Notes: generated by a model not told the origin, from the sequence alone. A stretch of 58,313 nucleotides of DNA from a virus (IMGVR_UViG_3300048851_000052:1-58313), one strand, 5' to 3'; positions 27,359 to 37,363 are shown, numbered from the stretch's first letter. Program-made: numbers and translations.

Positions 27359-28725
27359 TGCCAGTGCAATCAACAAACCCCGACTTCGACGCCCATATTG
27401 ACGAATGGCGGATGATGGACGACGCGCTCGAAGGCGAAGGCGCCATCAAGCGCAACGCGGTGAATCTGCCGAAGCCAAGCGGCATGGTTGAGGCTGAAAA
27501 GCTCGACGCCGCCGGAAACAAGTACCTGTATCAGAACTACACCGACCGGGCGCAGTACGAGCACTGGGTCCGGGACGCACTCAGGTCGATGATGGGCCTG
27601 GTGTCGCGCCTGATCCCAGAGATCAAACTGCCGTCAGGCATGAAGGGGCTGGAGGATAACGCCACGTCTGATGGCTTTGGTCTGAAGCAGCTTTTCCTCC
27701 GCATGGTCCGGCAGGCCATTTCCCATGGTCGCGTCCCGCTGGTGGTCAACATCGACGAAGCGGGCGAACCTTACTTCTCCACCTACGCGACCCGCAACGC
27801 TATCAACTGGAAGGTCGGGGCAATGGGCGGCCGTCAGGACTTGATCCTGGCTGTGTTCATTGAATTCCGCGACAGAAAAGAGGACGAGTACGACCACGAA
27901 TGCAAGATGGTCTATCGCGTCTTCAAGATGATCGATGGCGTCTGTCACAGTGAGGTGCTCGGCGAAGATGGGTCTGTGCTGGAGAGCTTGAAAGCGCTCG
28001 GCACCACCGGATCCGATAACCGCCTTGTGCGCGGGCTCCCGTATTTGCCTGTCATCTACGCCGGCTCGACCGACAACTCGCCGGAAGTCGACGAGGTCCC
28101 GCTGCTGACCATGGCGCGCGCAGCTTTGAAGTCGTACCAGCTCAGCGCTGACTACTTCACCGCGCTGCATCAAACCAGCCACCCGCAGCCTTGGGTGTCA
28201 GGGATGGATGAGTCGATAGAGCTGAGCGTTACCGGCCCATCAGCCGCTTGGGATCTGGGGCCGCTTGGTAAGTGCGGTTATCTGGAGTTTCAGGGTGCTG
28301 GTGTTGAAGCTGTACGCACGGCCATGGAAGACCAGAAGAACGCGGCGCTTGAGGCTGGTGCCAAAGTAATGGATGTCACCGGCACTGAGTCAGGTGAGGC
28401 GCGGAAAACCCGCCAGAACGATCAGCACGCGACGTTGCACAGCATTGTCATGGCTGCCGCCGAGGCGCTTGAGCAGGGGATTCGCTACGCCGCCGAGTGG
28501 AAGGGCTTCGACCCCAAGCAGGTGGTGTTTACGGTTAAGCCTGAGTTCATCGTTCCGGGAGTTGACGCCCAGGTGGCGACGCAGCTGCTACAGGCCGCGC
28601 TGGCCGGCGTGATTTCCCATGAAAGCTACTGGCTGTACCTCACGACCGGAAAACTGCCGGATCGGGCGTATGCCGATGAGCAAGCCCGCATCGAGAATCC
28701 AGACCCTGAGGACGCCGTGACATGA
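27358..28725 (+). CDS. Portal protein (DUF4055)
   Basis: Follows terL; Y..Y..RA, PLL.MA..YQLSADY, ESGEA motifs. Confidence 0.88.
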   Translation: MPVQSTNPDFDAHIDEWRMMDDALEGEGAIKRNAVNLPKPSGMVEAEKLDAAGNKYLYQNYTDRAQYEHWVRDALRSMMGLVSRLIPEIKLPSGMKGLEDNATSDGFGLKQLFLRMVRQAISHGRVPLVVNIDEAGEPYFSTYATRNAINWKVGAMGGRQDLILAVFIEFRDRKEDEYDHECKMVYRVFKMIDGVCHSEVLGEDGSVLESLKALGTTGSDNRLVRGLPYLPVIYAGSTDNSPEVDEVPLLTMARAALKSYQLSADYFTALHQTSHPQPWVSGMDESIELSVTGPSAAWDLGPLGKCGYLEFQGAGVEAVRTAMEDQKNAALEAGAKVMDVTGTESGEARKTRQNDQHATLHSIVMAAAEALEQGIRYAAEWKGFDPKQVVFTVKPEFIVPGVDAQVATQLLQAALAGVISHESYWLYLTTGKLPDRAYADEQARIENPDPEDAVT

Positions 28726-29894
28726 GTGAGGATCTTGAGCGGGCGCAGCGAGCAATCGTCATGGCGCTCGCTCAACATTCATCGTGGCTTCACAGGGCTT
28801 CCACGGCGTCGGTTAATAGAATCAATGCCGAGATAGGCGAGCTGTCCGTAAAGCTCGGCAGGGTGCTGTCGGAGCGGCTGGAAGGGCTATCACCCGCAGA
28901 GCTTCAAGCGTTCGCCGCAGGGAAGTATACGTCTAGTCGGTTGAAGCGGCTGAATGCCGAGATTGAGGCATGGGCTCAGGCAGTCGATGAGGCCATCCAA
29001 TCAGAATGGACTGACTCGGCCAAGGAGCTGGCCGGGTACGAAGCAGCCTATGCCGGTTCAGTGATGAACCAGGCGCTCGCAGACCTACCAGTCGTTGCGA
29101 TTACGGCTGCCAGCGCTTACAAGGCGGGCATGCAGTCGCCGGTAATGGGTGAGATGGTCGACCGCATGCTGTCCGGTATCGCAGAAAGCTCAGCGGTCCG
29201 ACTCAATGCCCGGATTCGTCAGGGTGTCGCGGCAGGCGAGGCGAATCAGCAAATCGTCCGCGCACTGCTCGGCACCAAAGAGCTCAAATACAAAGATGGG
29301 CTGATCGAAGTTACCCGCCGGGACGTTGAAACAATCGTCCGCACGGCCCGGAACCACATCAGCAACGTCGCCTACAACGAGACTTATAGGGCTCTCGACG
29401 TTCAGGAGGTCATGGATTGCGCCACCCTGGATGGCCGCACCAGCAAGTACTGCGCCTCCATCGATGGCCGCAAGCACAAGGTCGGCACTGTTCACCCGCG
29501 CCCGCCGTATCACCCGCGCTGCCGGACTGTTCAGGTGCCGGTCATTGCTGATGGGTTGATGGGCAGCCGCCCTTACGTCCTTGCGCTAAGGGTGAAGGGA
29601 CAGGACGGCCGCAGCACGTTCCGCTCCATCGGCAATATGACCGACAACCAGCGAGAAGCCGCGGGCCTGAAAGTGGGGCAGGTGCAGGCCAAAACGACCT
29701 ATGCCGGCTGGTTTGCCGGACAGTCAGCGGAGTATCAGCGCGAGTGGCTTGGCCCTTCGCGCTACCGGCTGTACAGCGAAGGCGGTCTGACCCTGGATCG
29801 CTTTGTCGACCCGAGCGGCAAAGAATACAATCTTGAGCAGCTGCGTCAGCGTGATGCTGCAACGTTCAAGGAAGTGTTCGGTGAGAGACGTTGA
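28722..29894 (+). CDS. Minor head protein (Mu gpF / SPP1 gp7-like)
   Basis: IVRTA..ATLDGRTS..C..PPYHPRCRT. Confidence 0.9.
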   Translation: MSEDLERAQRAIVMALAQHSSWLHRASTASVNRINAEIGELSVKLGRVLSERLEGLSPAELQAFAAGKYTSSRLKRLNAEIEAWAQAVDEAIQSEWTDSAKELAGYEAAYAGSVMNQALADLPVVAITAASAYKAGMQSPVMGEMVDRMLSGIAESSAVRLNARIRQGVAAGEANQQIVRALLGTKELKYKDGLIEVTRRDVETIVRTARNHISNVAYNETYRALDVQEVMDCATLDGRTSKYCASIDGRKHKVGTVHPRPPYHPRCRTVQVPVIADGLMGSRPYVLALRVKGQDGRSTFRSIGNMTDNQREAAGLKVGQVQAKTTYAGWFAGQSAEYQREWLGPSRYRLYSEGGLTLDRFVDPSGKEYNLEQLRQRDAATFKEVFGERR

Positions 29895-30064
29895 ATTGGC
29901 TGATCGTTTGTTCATGCAGTGGTGGCAGCTCCGCATCGTTGAGCAGTACCCGACCCATGAGCGGCCCGGCGCTTGGGTGAGCTTCACGCTATCGATGCAC
30001 ATGCAGAACAAGCTGGAGCCTTTTGGTAGTCTGTCAGATACCAATAATTGATCGGGATCAGATC

Positions 30065-30295
30065 ATGTCGAAAGTGCACAAGGGGAGTTTTCGGGTTCTT
30101 GATGAGTCGGGGCAAAAGCTTACGGTTAATGCTTACAGGGAAGAAATAACTGTCAAGTACTATTCCGGTGATTCAGAGCAGCAGTCAGGTCCGGTGTATT
30201 TCAAGCTTTCTGATGGCCGAACACTTGTTAAGGAAAGCGATACCTCGCTGCGAGATCGTGACGGAAGCGAAATCTTCAAAGTAGTAGGGGACTGA
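30065..30295 (+). CDS. Moron-like hypothetical protein
   Basis: Own extended -10 motif (30024-30032) and terminator, inside the head operon. Confidence 0.6.
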   Translation: MSKVHKGSFRVLDESGQKLTVNAYREEITVKYYSGDSEQQSGPVYFKLSDGRTLVKESDTSLRDRDGSEIFKVVGD

Positions 30296-30325
30296 CCGCA
30301 ACCGCTAACCAGAAAAATCTATATG

Positions 30326-30350
30326 ACCTCGGCCATGCCGGGGTTTTTTT
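30326..30350 (+). terminator. Intrinsic terminator
   Basis: ACCTCGGC/GCCGGGGT hairpin plus T-run. Confidence 0.75.
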
Positions 30351-30397
30351 ATGCCTGCTGATCAGGTCAGAGGCCCACAAATCCCAAGGGGATACCC

Positions 30398-31168
30398 ATG
30401 TTCAAGCTGAAACAACTTTTTCTGAACACTACTGGTGAAGGCGGCGAGGGCGGCGGTGGGCCAACCATTACCCCTGAGATTCAGGCACTGATCGACCAGC
30501 AGGTCGCCGGGCTGAAAACTAAGAACAGCGAATTGCTTGGCACTCTGCGAACCACCAAGACGGAACTCGACAGCTTCAAAAATCAGTTTGAAGGCTTGGA
30601 CATCGACGCCGTCAAGGGCCTACTGACCAAGGTCGGACAGGACGAAGAGACCCGCCTGCTTGCGGAAGGCAAGCTCGACGAAGTCATCACGCGCCGCACC
30701 GAGCGCCTGCGCGGTGACTACGACAAGCAGCTAGCCGCCGAGAAATCCCGAGCCGACAAGGCCGAGGCATTCGCTGCCAAGTACAGCGACAAGGTGCTGG
30801 CTGACTCCATCCGCGCCGCCGCAATCAAGGCCGGCGCGCTGCCCGAGGCTGCAGAGGACATCATCCTGCGCGCCCGGGGCACTTTCAAACTCAGCGAGGA
30901 CGGCGAGGCCATTGCCACCGACCGAGACGGCGAAGTCGTTTACGGAAAGGACGGCAAGACCCCCCTGTCGCCGCTCGAATGGGCGGAATCACTGCGTGAA
31001 ACAGCAACACACCTTTGGCCAAGGGCCCAAGGTGCCGGACAGACCGGCGACAACGGTGGCAAGGCCACGAAGAAGTTTTCCGACATGACCGAAACCGAGC
31101 GCACTGAACTTTACCGGGCAGATCCGGCGAAGTACCGCCAGATGCGCGAAGCCACCAAACAGGAGTAA
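30398..31168 (+). CDS. Capsid scaffolding protein
   Basis: Coiled coil, GLKTKNSELL, C-terminal MTETER..DPAKY; precedes the capsid gene. Confidence 0.8.
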   Translation: MFKLKQLFLNTTGEGGEGGGGPTITPEIQALIDQQVAGLKTKNSELLGTLRTTKTELDSFKNQFEGLDIDAVKGLLTKVGQDEETRLLAEGKLDEVITRRTERLRGDYDKQLAAEKSRADKAEAFAAKYSDKVLADSIRAAAIKAGALPEAAEDIILRARGTFKLSEDGEAIATDRDGEVVYGKDGKTPLSPLEWAESLRETATHLWPRAQGAGQTGDNGGKATKKFSDMTETERTELYRADPAKYRQMREATKQE

Positions 31169-31174
31169 CACCCT

Positions 31175-32215
31175 ATGGCGACCACTCGCCTTTCCGATGC
31201 AGTAATTCCCGAGGTCTACGCCGACTACCAGGCGGAGAACACCCCCGAAAAGACCGCTTTCTTCGAGTCTGGCGTTGTGGTTCGCAACCAAATGCTGGAT
31301 CAGAAAGCCGACACTGGCGGGCAAGAGATCCAGGTGCCGTTCTGGCGCGACCTGGATTCGTCCGTAGAGCCGAACGCCTCCAACGATGACCCGGCCGACA
31401 TGGCGTCGCCGAACAAGCTCGGTTCCGGCATCCAGAAGGCCCGCATCAGCTACCTGAACCAAGGCTACTCGGCCTCCGATCTGGTGGTTGAGCTGTCCGG
31501 CTCCGATCCGATGCAGCGCATCCGTAACCGCTTCGGCACCTACTGGCAGCGTCAGTGGCAGCGCCGTGTGATTGCCTCCGCTGTGGGCGTGCTGGCAGAC
31601 AACGTCGCCAATGACAACGGCGACATGGTCTACGACGGCTCGGCGAGCACCTGGTCTCGTCAGGGCTTCACTTCTGCTGTCTTCACCCTGGGTGATGCAT
31701 TCGGCCAGCTGTCGGCTATCGCCGTGCACTCGCTGGCCTACAAGCAGATGATCGATGCCGACGACATCGACTTTGTCCCGGACAGCAAAGGCTTGCTCAC
31801 CATCCCGACCTTCATGGGTCAGCGCGTCATCGTTGACGACTCCATGCCAGCTACCAGCGCAGGCGATCCAGCTACGATCACCACCACTGCGGTGCTGTTC
31901 GGTGCCGGTGCGTTCGGCTATGGCGAGGGCAGCCCGCTAGTTCCGGAAGAGGTGGAGCGTCAGGCCCGTGCCGGCAACGGCGGCGGCGTGGAAACCCTGT
32001 GGGAGCGCAAGACCTGGATCTTGCACCCGTTCGGCTACCAGTTCACCGGTGACGACATCAGCAACCGCGCGAACGTCAACGGCCGTACCGGCGCCGCAAC
32101 CGCTGAGGATGAGTTCACGCCTCTGTTGGCCGATTTGCGCAAGGCTGCGAACTGGAATCGCGTAGTCGACCGTAAGAATGTGCCCATCGCATTCCTGAAA
32201 ATCAAAGGCGCGTAA
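31175..32215 (+). CDS. Major capsid protein
   Basis: MATTRLSDAVIPEV..PFW.DL..GSDPM..HP.G..NW.RV.D.KNVPI. Confidence 0.9.
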   Translation: MATTRLSDAVIPEVYADYQAENTPEKTAFFESGVVVRNQMLDQKADTGGQEIQVPFWRDLDSSVEPNASNDDPADMASPNKLGSGIQKARISYLNQGYSASDLVVELSGSDPMQRIRNRFGTYWQRQWQRRVIASAVGVLADNVANDNGDMVYDGSASTWSRQGFTSAVFTLGDAFGQLSAIAVHSLAYKQMIDADDIDFVPDSKGLLTIPTFMGQRVIVDDSMPATSAGDPATITTTAVLFGAGAFGYGEGSPLVPEEVERQARAGNGGGVETLWERKTWILHPFGYQFTGDDISNRANVNGRTGAATAEDEFTPLLADLRKAANWNRVVDRKNVPIAFLKIKGA

Positions 32216-32221
32216 GCCGAT

Positions 32222-32241
32222 AGGGGCTTCGGCCCCTTTTT
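32222..32241 (+). terminator. Terminator after the capsid gene
   Basis: AGGGGC-TTCG-GCCCCT plus T-run. Confidence 0.85.
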
Positions 32242-32255
32242 CGTTGGAGATGATC

Positions 32256-32501
32256 ATGAGCAATGACGATATCAAGCCGGGCGAACAGCTTACGCTTGCC
32301 CAGATCAATCGCTTGCGCAAGGACGCGCAGGCAGCGGCTGCCGGTGTTGGCAACCAGAAAAAGGCCGACGATGACTATGTCGAAACTGACCCTCTAAAAA
32401 TGAAGGTCGACGATCTGAAGGCCTGGCTCACAGGCAAGGGTATCGAATTCCCGGCCGACGCCAAGAAAGACGACCTGAAGGCTTTGGTGCCAGCGGAATA
32501 A
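32256..32501 (+). CDS. Small HeH/SAP-like virion-associated protein
   Basis: MKVDDLKAWL..GIEFP..AKKDDL. Confidence 0.7.
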   Translation: MSNDDIKPGEQLTLAQINRLRKDAQAAAAGVGNQKKADDDYVETDPLKMKVDDLKAWLTGKGIEFPADAKKDDLKALVPAE

Positions 32502-32511
32502 GGACAGACAC

Positions 32512-32889
32512 ATGACCGATTTCATCACTGTTGCCGATGTCGATGCCCAGCTTGGTCCTGACTGGGCTGGCACCGGTGATGCGGTCCTTGCTGTGGCCAT
32601 GGCTAACGCCTGGCTCACGGCCAAGATTAATCGCCCCGTTGCCGACCCTGTACCTGATGCCATCAGGCAAGCTGGCGCTCAGGTCGCAAAGGAAGCGGCG
32701 GCGGGCAAGCTGTACACGTCCACCCAGAGGGAAGTGCTGAGCAAGACGGTTTCGGCCCAGTCCGGCACATCTGTCAGCAAGACCTATGCATCGGGCTCGA
32801 CTGACCTGTCTGCCGGCGTGAACTTCGCCCTGGCGCTGCTTGCGCCATGGATCAAGCGCCCCGGCGTGATGATGCTGAAAAGGATCTGA
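32512..32889 (+). CDS. Head-tail adaptor
   Basis: FITVADVD..ANAWL..VPDAIRQA; synteny. Confidence 0.7.
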   Translation: MTDFITVADVDAQLGPDWAGTGDAVLAVAMANAWLTAKINRPVADPVPDAIRQAGAQVAKEAAAGKLYTSTQREVLSKTVSAQSGTSVSKTYASGSTDLSAGVNFALALLAPWIKRPGVMMLKRI

Positions 32890-32891
32890 CC

Positions 32892-33284
32892 ATGGGCATG
32901 CGCGATGAGATCCAGGCGGAATTGGCCGAGGCGTTTGATGATCCGGACGGCCTGGCTGACGCGGTTCGGCCCCTTACTGGCACTCGCACGGTATTGGCCG
33001 AATATGACCCAATCACGGGAACAGAGACCGAAGGATCGACGCTTACTTACGTCGGTCGCGGGGTCTTTGGAAGCTATTCGGTTCGTGAGGTCGATGGAAG
33101 CTTGATCCAGTCCACCGACGAGAAGCTGCTGGTGCTGCAAAACGAAATGCTCGTCGCAGTTAATGGGGTGCCGACCACGGTGCTTGTTGCCCCCTTGATA
33201 GGCGACATCATTGGCGACAAGCGAGCGCTCAACGTCTCACAAGACCCGGCAGGGGCGACATTCACCATTCAGCTGAGGGTTTGA
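32892..33284 (+). CDS. Head closure protein
   Basis: YDPITG..D.KLLVLQ..DPAGA..IQLR; synteny. Confidence 0.7.
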   Translation: MGMRDEIQAELAEAFDDPDGLADAVRPLTGTRTVLAEYDPITGTETEGSTLTYVGRGVFGSYSVREVDGSLIQSTDEKLLVLQNEMLVAVNGVPTTVLVAPLIGDIIGDKRALNVSQDPAGATFTIQLRV

Positions 33285-33286
33285 TA

Positions 33287-33682
33287 ATGGGTTTCTCTGA
33301 TCAGATCCGCGCCTTTAGCGCCAAGACCGTACAGGCCCACGACAAGATCGTTCGTGACACGACTATCGCTCTATTCACGAACGTCGTTACCGAGACACCG
33401 GTAGACGAGGGCACAGCGAAGGGAAGTTGGCAGACCACCGTTACCACGGCCGCTGCTGGTCAGACTGAGCGAGTTGACCCTTCGGGCCGGCAGGCCATTG
33501 CGGAGATCGAAGCAAACACGCCCGCAGGCGCTGGGCAGGTCACCTATCTGGCCTCCAACCTCGCCTACATCGAGCGACTTGAGAATGGTTGGTCGATGCA
33601 GGCACCCGCGGGCATGGCTCGGCGGAACGTTGAGCGCTTCCAGCGAATGATTGACGAGTCTGCAAGGAAGAATCGCGTATGA
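33287..33682 (+). CDS. HK97 gp10-like neck/tail completion protein
   Basis: TPVDEG..W..NLAYIERLENGWS.QAPAGM. Confidence 0.85.
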   Translation: MGFSDQIRAFSAKTVQAHDKIVRDTTIALFTNVVTETPVDEGTAKGSWQTTVTTAAAGQTERVDPSGRQAIAEIEANTPAGAGQVTYLASNLAYIERLENGWSMQAPAGMARRNVERFQRMIDESARKNRV

Positions 33683-34098
33683 GCGAGACCAAGATCAACG
33701 CAGCTCTGGTTTCTGCCTACCTCGCGAGCAATCTGTACCCGGCGGCCAGGACAGCGCTAGAGGGCAAAACCTTCACGCCTGTTACCGGCCAAGCATGGGC
33801 CAGACTTACCGACATGCCAACCGGGCGCGAGCCTGCTGCATTCGGCGCTGCGAACCCTGTCGAGCGAAGCGGCTATCTGCAGATCGACGTATTTCACCCA
33901 AACAACAGCGGTACCGGGCCGATCCTGGCCGATGCTGACAAGGCGCTGAGCTTCTACAAGCCAGGCCTCGACCTCGAATACCAAGGTCAGCGGGTTCATG
34001 TCCGAAGCGCTGAGCGAGGCAAGATCACCCCCGAAGACGTATGGACGGGCGTGAGCATCCGCATCTATTACACGGCCTGGATTTTCCCGGTCGCCTGA
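33679..34098 (+). CDS. Tail terminator (DUF4128-like)
   Basis: G.LQIDVF.P..G; synteny. Confidence 0.75.
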   Translation: MSETKINAALVSAYLASNLYPAARTALEGKTFTPVTGQAWARLTDMPTGREPAAFGAANPVERSGYLQIDVFHPNNSGTGPILADADKALSFYKPGLDLEYQGQRVHVRSAERGKITPEDVWTGVSIRIYYTAWIFPVA

Positions 34099-34165
34099 TT
34101 CATTCCCCGCGCAATCCCACACCCTGCCCATATGCGGGGTTTTTTCGTTCCAGGAGATCCCAAAA

Positions 34166-35071
34166 ATGGGCAAGTTAGCCAACGGCTCGGCCGTTCAAGC
34201 GTTCTACGTCGAAGAGGTCGCGGGAGTAATCCCTGCAACCCCGGCATGGAAACCTATTCGATTCGTCAGCGAGGGCCTGACGCCGAGCATCAATCAGATC
34301 GACACGGCGGAGATGAACCAGACCCGCCAGCGCCCGCCGAGTCGCGGCGGCACCTATAGCGTGGCCGGCGACATCGCGGTTGAGCTGTCATTCGCCAGCT
34401 TCGACGACCTGATTCAGGCGGCGATGCAGGGCACCTGGACCGCAAACGTCCTGAAGATCGGCAAGGTCGAGCGCACCTTCGCCATCCTCGAGCGCCATAC
34501 CGATATCGGCGTTGATTACGTCTATCGTGGTTGCCGTGTCGCCACCATGGCCATCAGCTCACCGCTGAATGCTCCGGTAGGCGTTACCTTCAGCATGATG
34601 GGCACGCAGGCGCAGAAATTCACCTTGCCGGTTGGTTCGACCTTCCTGCCAGCGACCGATACCGACATCATGATCACCACCAACCTGGCGCTCAAGGAAG
34701 GCGGCATTGATATCGCCTATGCCACCGAGTGGAGTGTCAACCTCAACAACGGTATGGAGGCGCTCTTTGCCCTCGGTAACCGTGAAGCCTTCGACATCTC
34801 TAATGGCGTTGCTGTCGTGACCGGATCGATGTCTGCGTATCTGGTTGACGCCGTGCTCTGGGACAAGGTGCTTGATGAGACCTCGACCGCGCATTCCATC
34901 GAGTTCATCGAGGGAGCGGACAAGTACACGCTGGAGCTGCCGAAGGTTCGCTACACCCAAGGCCAGAAACAGGTGAGCGGCCCCGGCGCGATCATTCCGC
35001 AATACACGATCAGTGCGGGGTACGACGACGTGCTGGCAACCACAATGATGATGACGCGCACCGACGTTTAA
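34166..35071 (+). CDS. Major tail tube protein
   Basis: E..G..PATPAW..GDIAVELS..LELPKV.Y; synteny. Confidence 0.85.
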   Translation: MGKLANGSAVQAFYVEEVAGVIPATPAWKPIRFVSEGLTPSINQIDTAEMNQTRQRPPSRGGTYSVAGDIAVELSFASFDDLIQAAMQGTWTANVLKIGKVERTFAILERHTDIGVDYVYRGCRVATMAISSPLNAPVGVTFSMMGTQAQKFTLPVGSTFLPATDTDIMITTNLALKEGGIDIAYATEWSVNLNNGMEALFALGNREAFDISNGVAVVTGSMSAYLVDAVLWDKVLDETSTAHSIEFIEGADKYTLELPKVRYTQGQKQVSGPGAIIPQYTISAGYDDVLATTMMMTRTDV

Positions 35072-35085
35072 TCGAACCACCTTCC

Positions 35086-35110
35086 AAGGCCCGCCACTGA
35101 GCGGGCCTTC
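35086..35110 (+). terminator. Hairpin / weak terminator after the tail tube gene
   Basis: AAGGCCCGC/GCGGGCCTT. Confidence 0.55.
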
Positions 35111-35131
35111 TAATTTCTGGAGATTCACCGC

Positions 35132-35554
35132 ATGGCTGCTAAATCTGAGAAAACCGCAATCAAACCTTTCGCACTGTCTGACTTCTTCACCCTTGGTGCG
35201 TTGATCAAGGGTAAGCCGCTGCCTGTACCGCTGCCTGATGGCAGCTCGAGCGGCTTCAACCTGATGGTGTTGGGCGCTGACGCTCCTGCTGCCCGTAAAG
35301 CGTTGCTGGAGGCGACCCGAATCCTGCGCGACGAGGCCAAAGAGGGTATGTCGGTCGACGAAGAAGCTGAAATCACCCAGCGCGCGAACCTGCATTACCG
35401 CACCGCGCTTGCGTTCGACTGGGACTTTCCGGTGGAATACACCAAGGAAGCCATCACCGAGCTCCTGCTGAACAACCCTGGGCTTTCCGTCGAAGTTGAA
35501 AAGCTGGCGAGTGACCGCGGCCGTTTTTTCGCACCAGAGTTGAAAGCCTCCTAA
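35132..35554 (+). CDS. Tail assembly chaperone (G)
   Basis: Position after the tube gene; ends with ..RGRFF at a slippery site. Confidence 0.8.
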   Translation: MAAKSEKTAIKPFALSDFFTLGALIKGKPLPVPLPDGSSSGFNLMVLGADAPAARKALLEATRILRDEAKEGMSVDEEAEITQRANLHYRTALAFDWDFPVEYTKEAITELLLNNPGLSVEVEKLASDRGRFFAPELKAS

Positions 35555-35862
35555 AGCACTGGGAGGCCGAGGCCAGGCTTAACAAGCCAGTCAAAGGCTC
35601 GACCGCCACAACCCGTGCTCACTTGACGCGGGTCTGGAACATGACCGGGCACAAGCCGCGGGAACTGGACATTCCAGAAATGCCCGAGGGCATGGCTTAT
35701 TTGGCTGGACTGTTCTGGGAGCTGAAGCGCACATCTGACCCGCTGACCTGGCAAGAGATGGATGCATGGGCGCGCATGATGGATCGAGAAGTCGAGCCGG
35801 AAGAAGCTAGGGCGCTGATGAAGATGGATAGCATCTACAGTCGGGTAATGAGTGAAGGGTGA
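35524..35862 (+). CDS. Tail chaperone frameshift extension (T), reached by -1 slip
   Basis: T TTT TTC at 35524-35530; the -1 frame is open to 35862 (..PLTWQEMDAW..E..LMKMD). Confidence 0.8.
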   Translation, partial: FFRTRVESLLKHWEAEARLNKPVKGSTATTRAHLTRVWNMTGHKPRELDIPEMPEGMAYLAGLFWELKRTSDPLTWQEMDAWARMMDREVEPEEARALMKMDSIYSRVMSEG

Positions 35863-35891
35863 GAGCGCGCCGTGGCGAGATGAATGACAGG

Positions 35892-35907
35892 CTGGTGATC
35901 CATCCAG
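35892..35907. promoter_or_regulatory. Possible LexA (SOS) box
   Basis: CTGGTGATCCATCCAG fits CTG-N10-CAG, just upstream of the extended -10 at 35928. Confidence 0.4.
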
Positions 35908-35965
35908 CTCAAATCGTGATGGCTACATGCTAGAGTCTCGGCTCATCACGCATATCGAGAAAGCC

Positions 35966-36754
35966 ATGGCTGGCGCAGCCCCCAAAAGCAAAGCCCAGGA
36001 AATAACAGCCAGGATGAATGACATGGCTGCCGAAAGAGCCAAAACAGGCTCAATCAATGACTGGGCTTGGCGCCTCCTAAAGAAAGATGTGGAGGCAATG
36101 CGCAAGACTCCCGCTCTCGCTCCTCAGTCCCTATTATTCGAGGCGATTGTTTGGAGTCTCGCCTCTAATGTCTCCGAGATGGAGCGCTGTTTCAACATTT
36201 ACGCCGGCCAGTATGGTAAGGATTGGCCTTGGTATAGAGCCAGGGCCATGCAGGGGCCGGCTCTGGGACGTACTGATATGGTTATAGATATGCTTGAATC
36301 TGGCTATCCAGAGGGTAGCGCTTCAGACTTGCGCGTCGTAGCGCACGTGTGCAACCAGTCTGGTCTGTTTATCAGTAGCGCCAAGGCTCTCGACAAGTGT
36401 CTGAGACTTGACCCCAATAGTCGCGAGATGGATGAGGTTCAGGATCTGCAGCACCTCCCAGAAACTGTTGAATACATGCTGCATTACCACCTGGATGAGA
36501 AAGAAATCTCGCGCAGGATAGCCGTGGCCACCCAAGTCGTAATCCAGATGTCTGGCCCGCTAACCACATTCTCGATTCATACAAACGAATCAGGCATAAC
36601 CTTTGAGTACACGGTTGATGCAGCAGTTGAGCAGCTAGCAGAAATTGACTTTGCGATCACGCGAAAGTTAATCGGAGCGTTCGATGACACCATGTCTCGT
36701 CACATGAGCATCGGAGTTGCTCCGCGAGCTGAGGATGAAATCCTTGCCGGTTAA
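35966..36754 (+). CDS. TPR-like helical protein with an alpha/beta C-terminal domain (alternative start 35927)
   Basis: Helical repeats including AKALDKCLRLDPNS; overlaps the HEPN gene by 20 nt. Confidence 0.7.
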   Translation: MAGAAPKSKAQEITARMNDMAAERAKTGSINDWAWRLLKKDVEAMRKTPALAPQSLLFEAIVWSLASNVSEMERCFNIYAGQYGKDWPWYRARAMQGPALGRTDMVIDMLESGYPEGSASDLRVVAHVCNQSGLFISSAKALDKCLRLDPNSREMDEVQDLQHLPETVEYMLHYHLDEKEISRRIAVATQVVIQMSGPLTTFSIHTNESGITFEYTVDAAVEQLAEIDFAITRKLIGAFDDTMSRHMSIGVAPRAEDEILAG

Positions 36755-37112
36755 GTTCTCAGAGTTTCTGGAGTGGTCAGAGTTCGAGGTGGGAGCGACT
36801 GACGTCACTGAATTCAGCTATAGAAATGCTAGCAGCAGGGCGTATTACGCTCTATTCCATGCTGCAAAGGTGAAACTGTCTGCCATGGGGATACCAATCC
36901 TGCCCGTGCAGAGTGGAGGCAGTCACGAGGCAGTAATCTGTGCGGTAATGAGCCTTGGAGTTGCGGGTCGCGAGATAGCGGATGATATGAGGCGAGCGAA
37001 GAGATTTCGCCATTTCTGTGACTATGAAATTAGCAAGCATCTAGATCGACGCCGTGCTCGCCTTCAGATCATTGAGGCAAGCCGCTTGATCGACATGCTC
37101 AGCCGCCTCTAA
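36735..37112 (+). CDS. HEPN-domain protein (putative RNase)
   Basis: SSRAYYALFH, GSHE, R-x4-Y (RHFCDY) motifs. Confidence 0.82.
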   Translation: MKSLPVKFSEFLEWSEFEVGATDVTEFSYRNASSRAYYALFHAAKVKLSAMGIPILPVQSGGSHEAVICAVMSLGVAGREIADDMRRAKRFRHFCDYEISKHLDRRRARLQIIEASRLIDMLSRL

Positions 37113-37250
37113 CGCTTCAAGCACCCCACAGATGGTGGTAGATTGCTGGCCCGGTCCCGCGCAGGGCTTTCTGCATCTGGTGGCGATCTTCCGCATGTCC
37201 TTGAGTGATGCTAGATTGCAGCTCCTATACAAAAATACGTCGGAGCAGCT

Positions 37251-37358
37251 ATGTCACAAGATGAATTTTATAAGAGTCATGTCCCACCGACCAGAACCCC
37301 AGCAGCACCGCAGGCTCCAGCGGCACCTTCAGAGCCGCCATCTCAGCAAAAGAGCTAG
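37251..37358 (+). CDS. Pro/Ala/Gln-rich micropeptide (35 aa)
   Basis: GGAG RBS; MSQDEFYKSHVPPTRTPAAPQAPAAPSEPPSQQKS; stop 5 nt before the next ATG. Confidence 0.55.
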   Translation: MSQDEFYKSHVPPTRTPAAPQAPAAPSEPPSQQKS

Positions 37359-37363
37359 GACTC

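Noticed and set aside
29803-30051. 82-aa ORF overlapping the end of the minor head gene
   Set aside because: No convincing RBS or motif; overlaps the moron promoter
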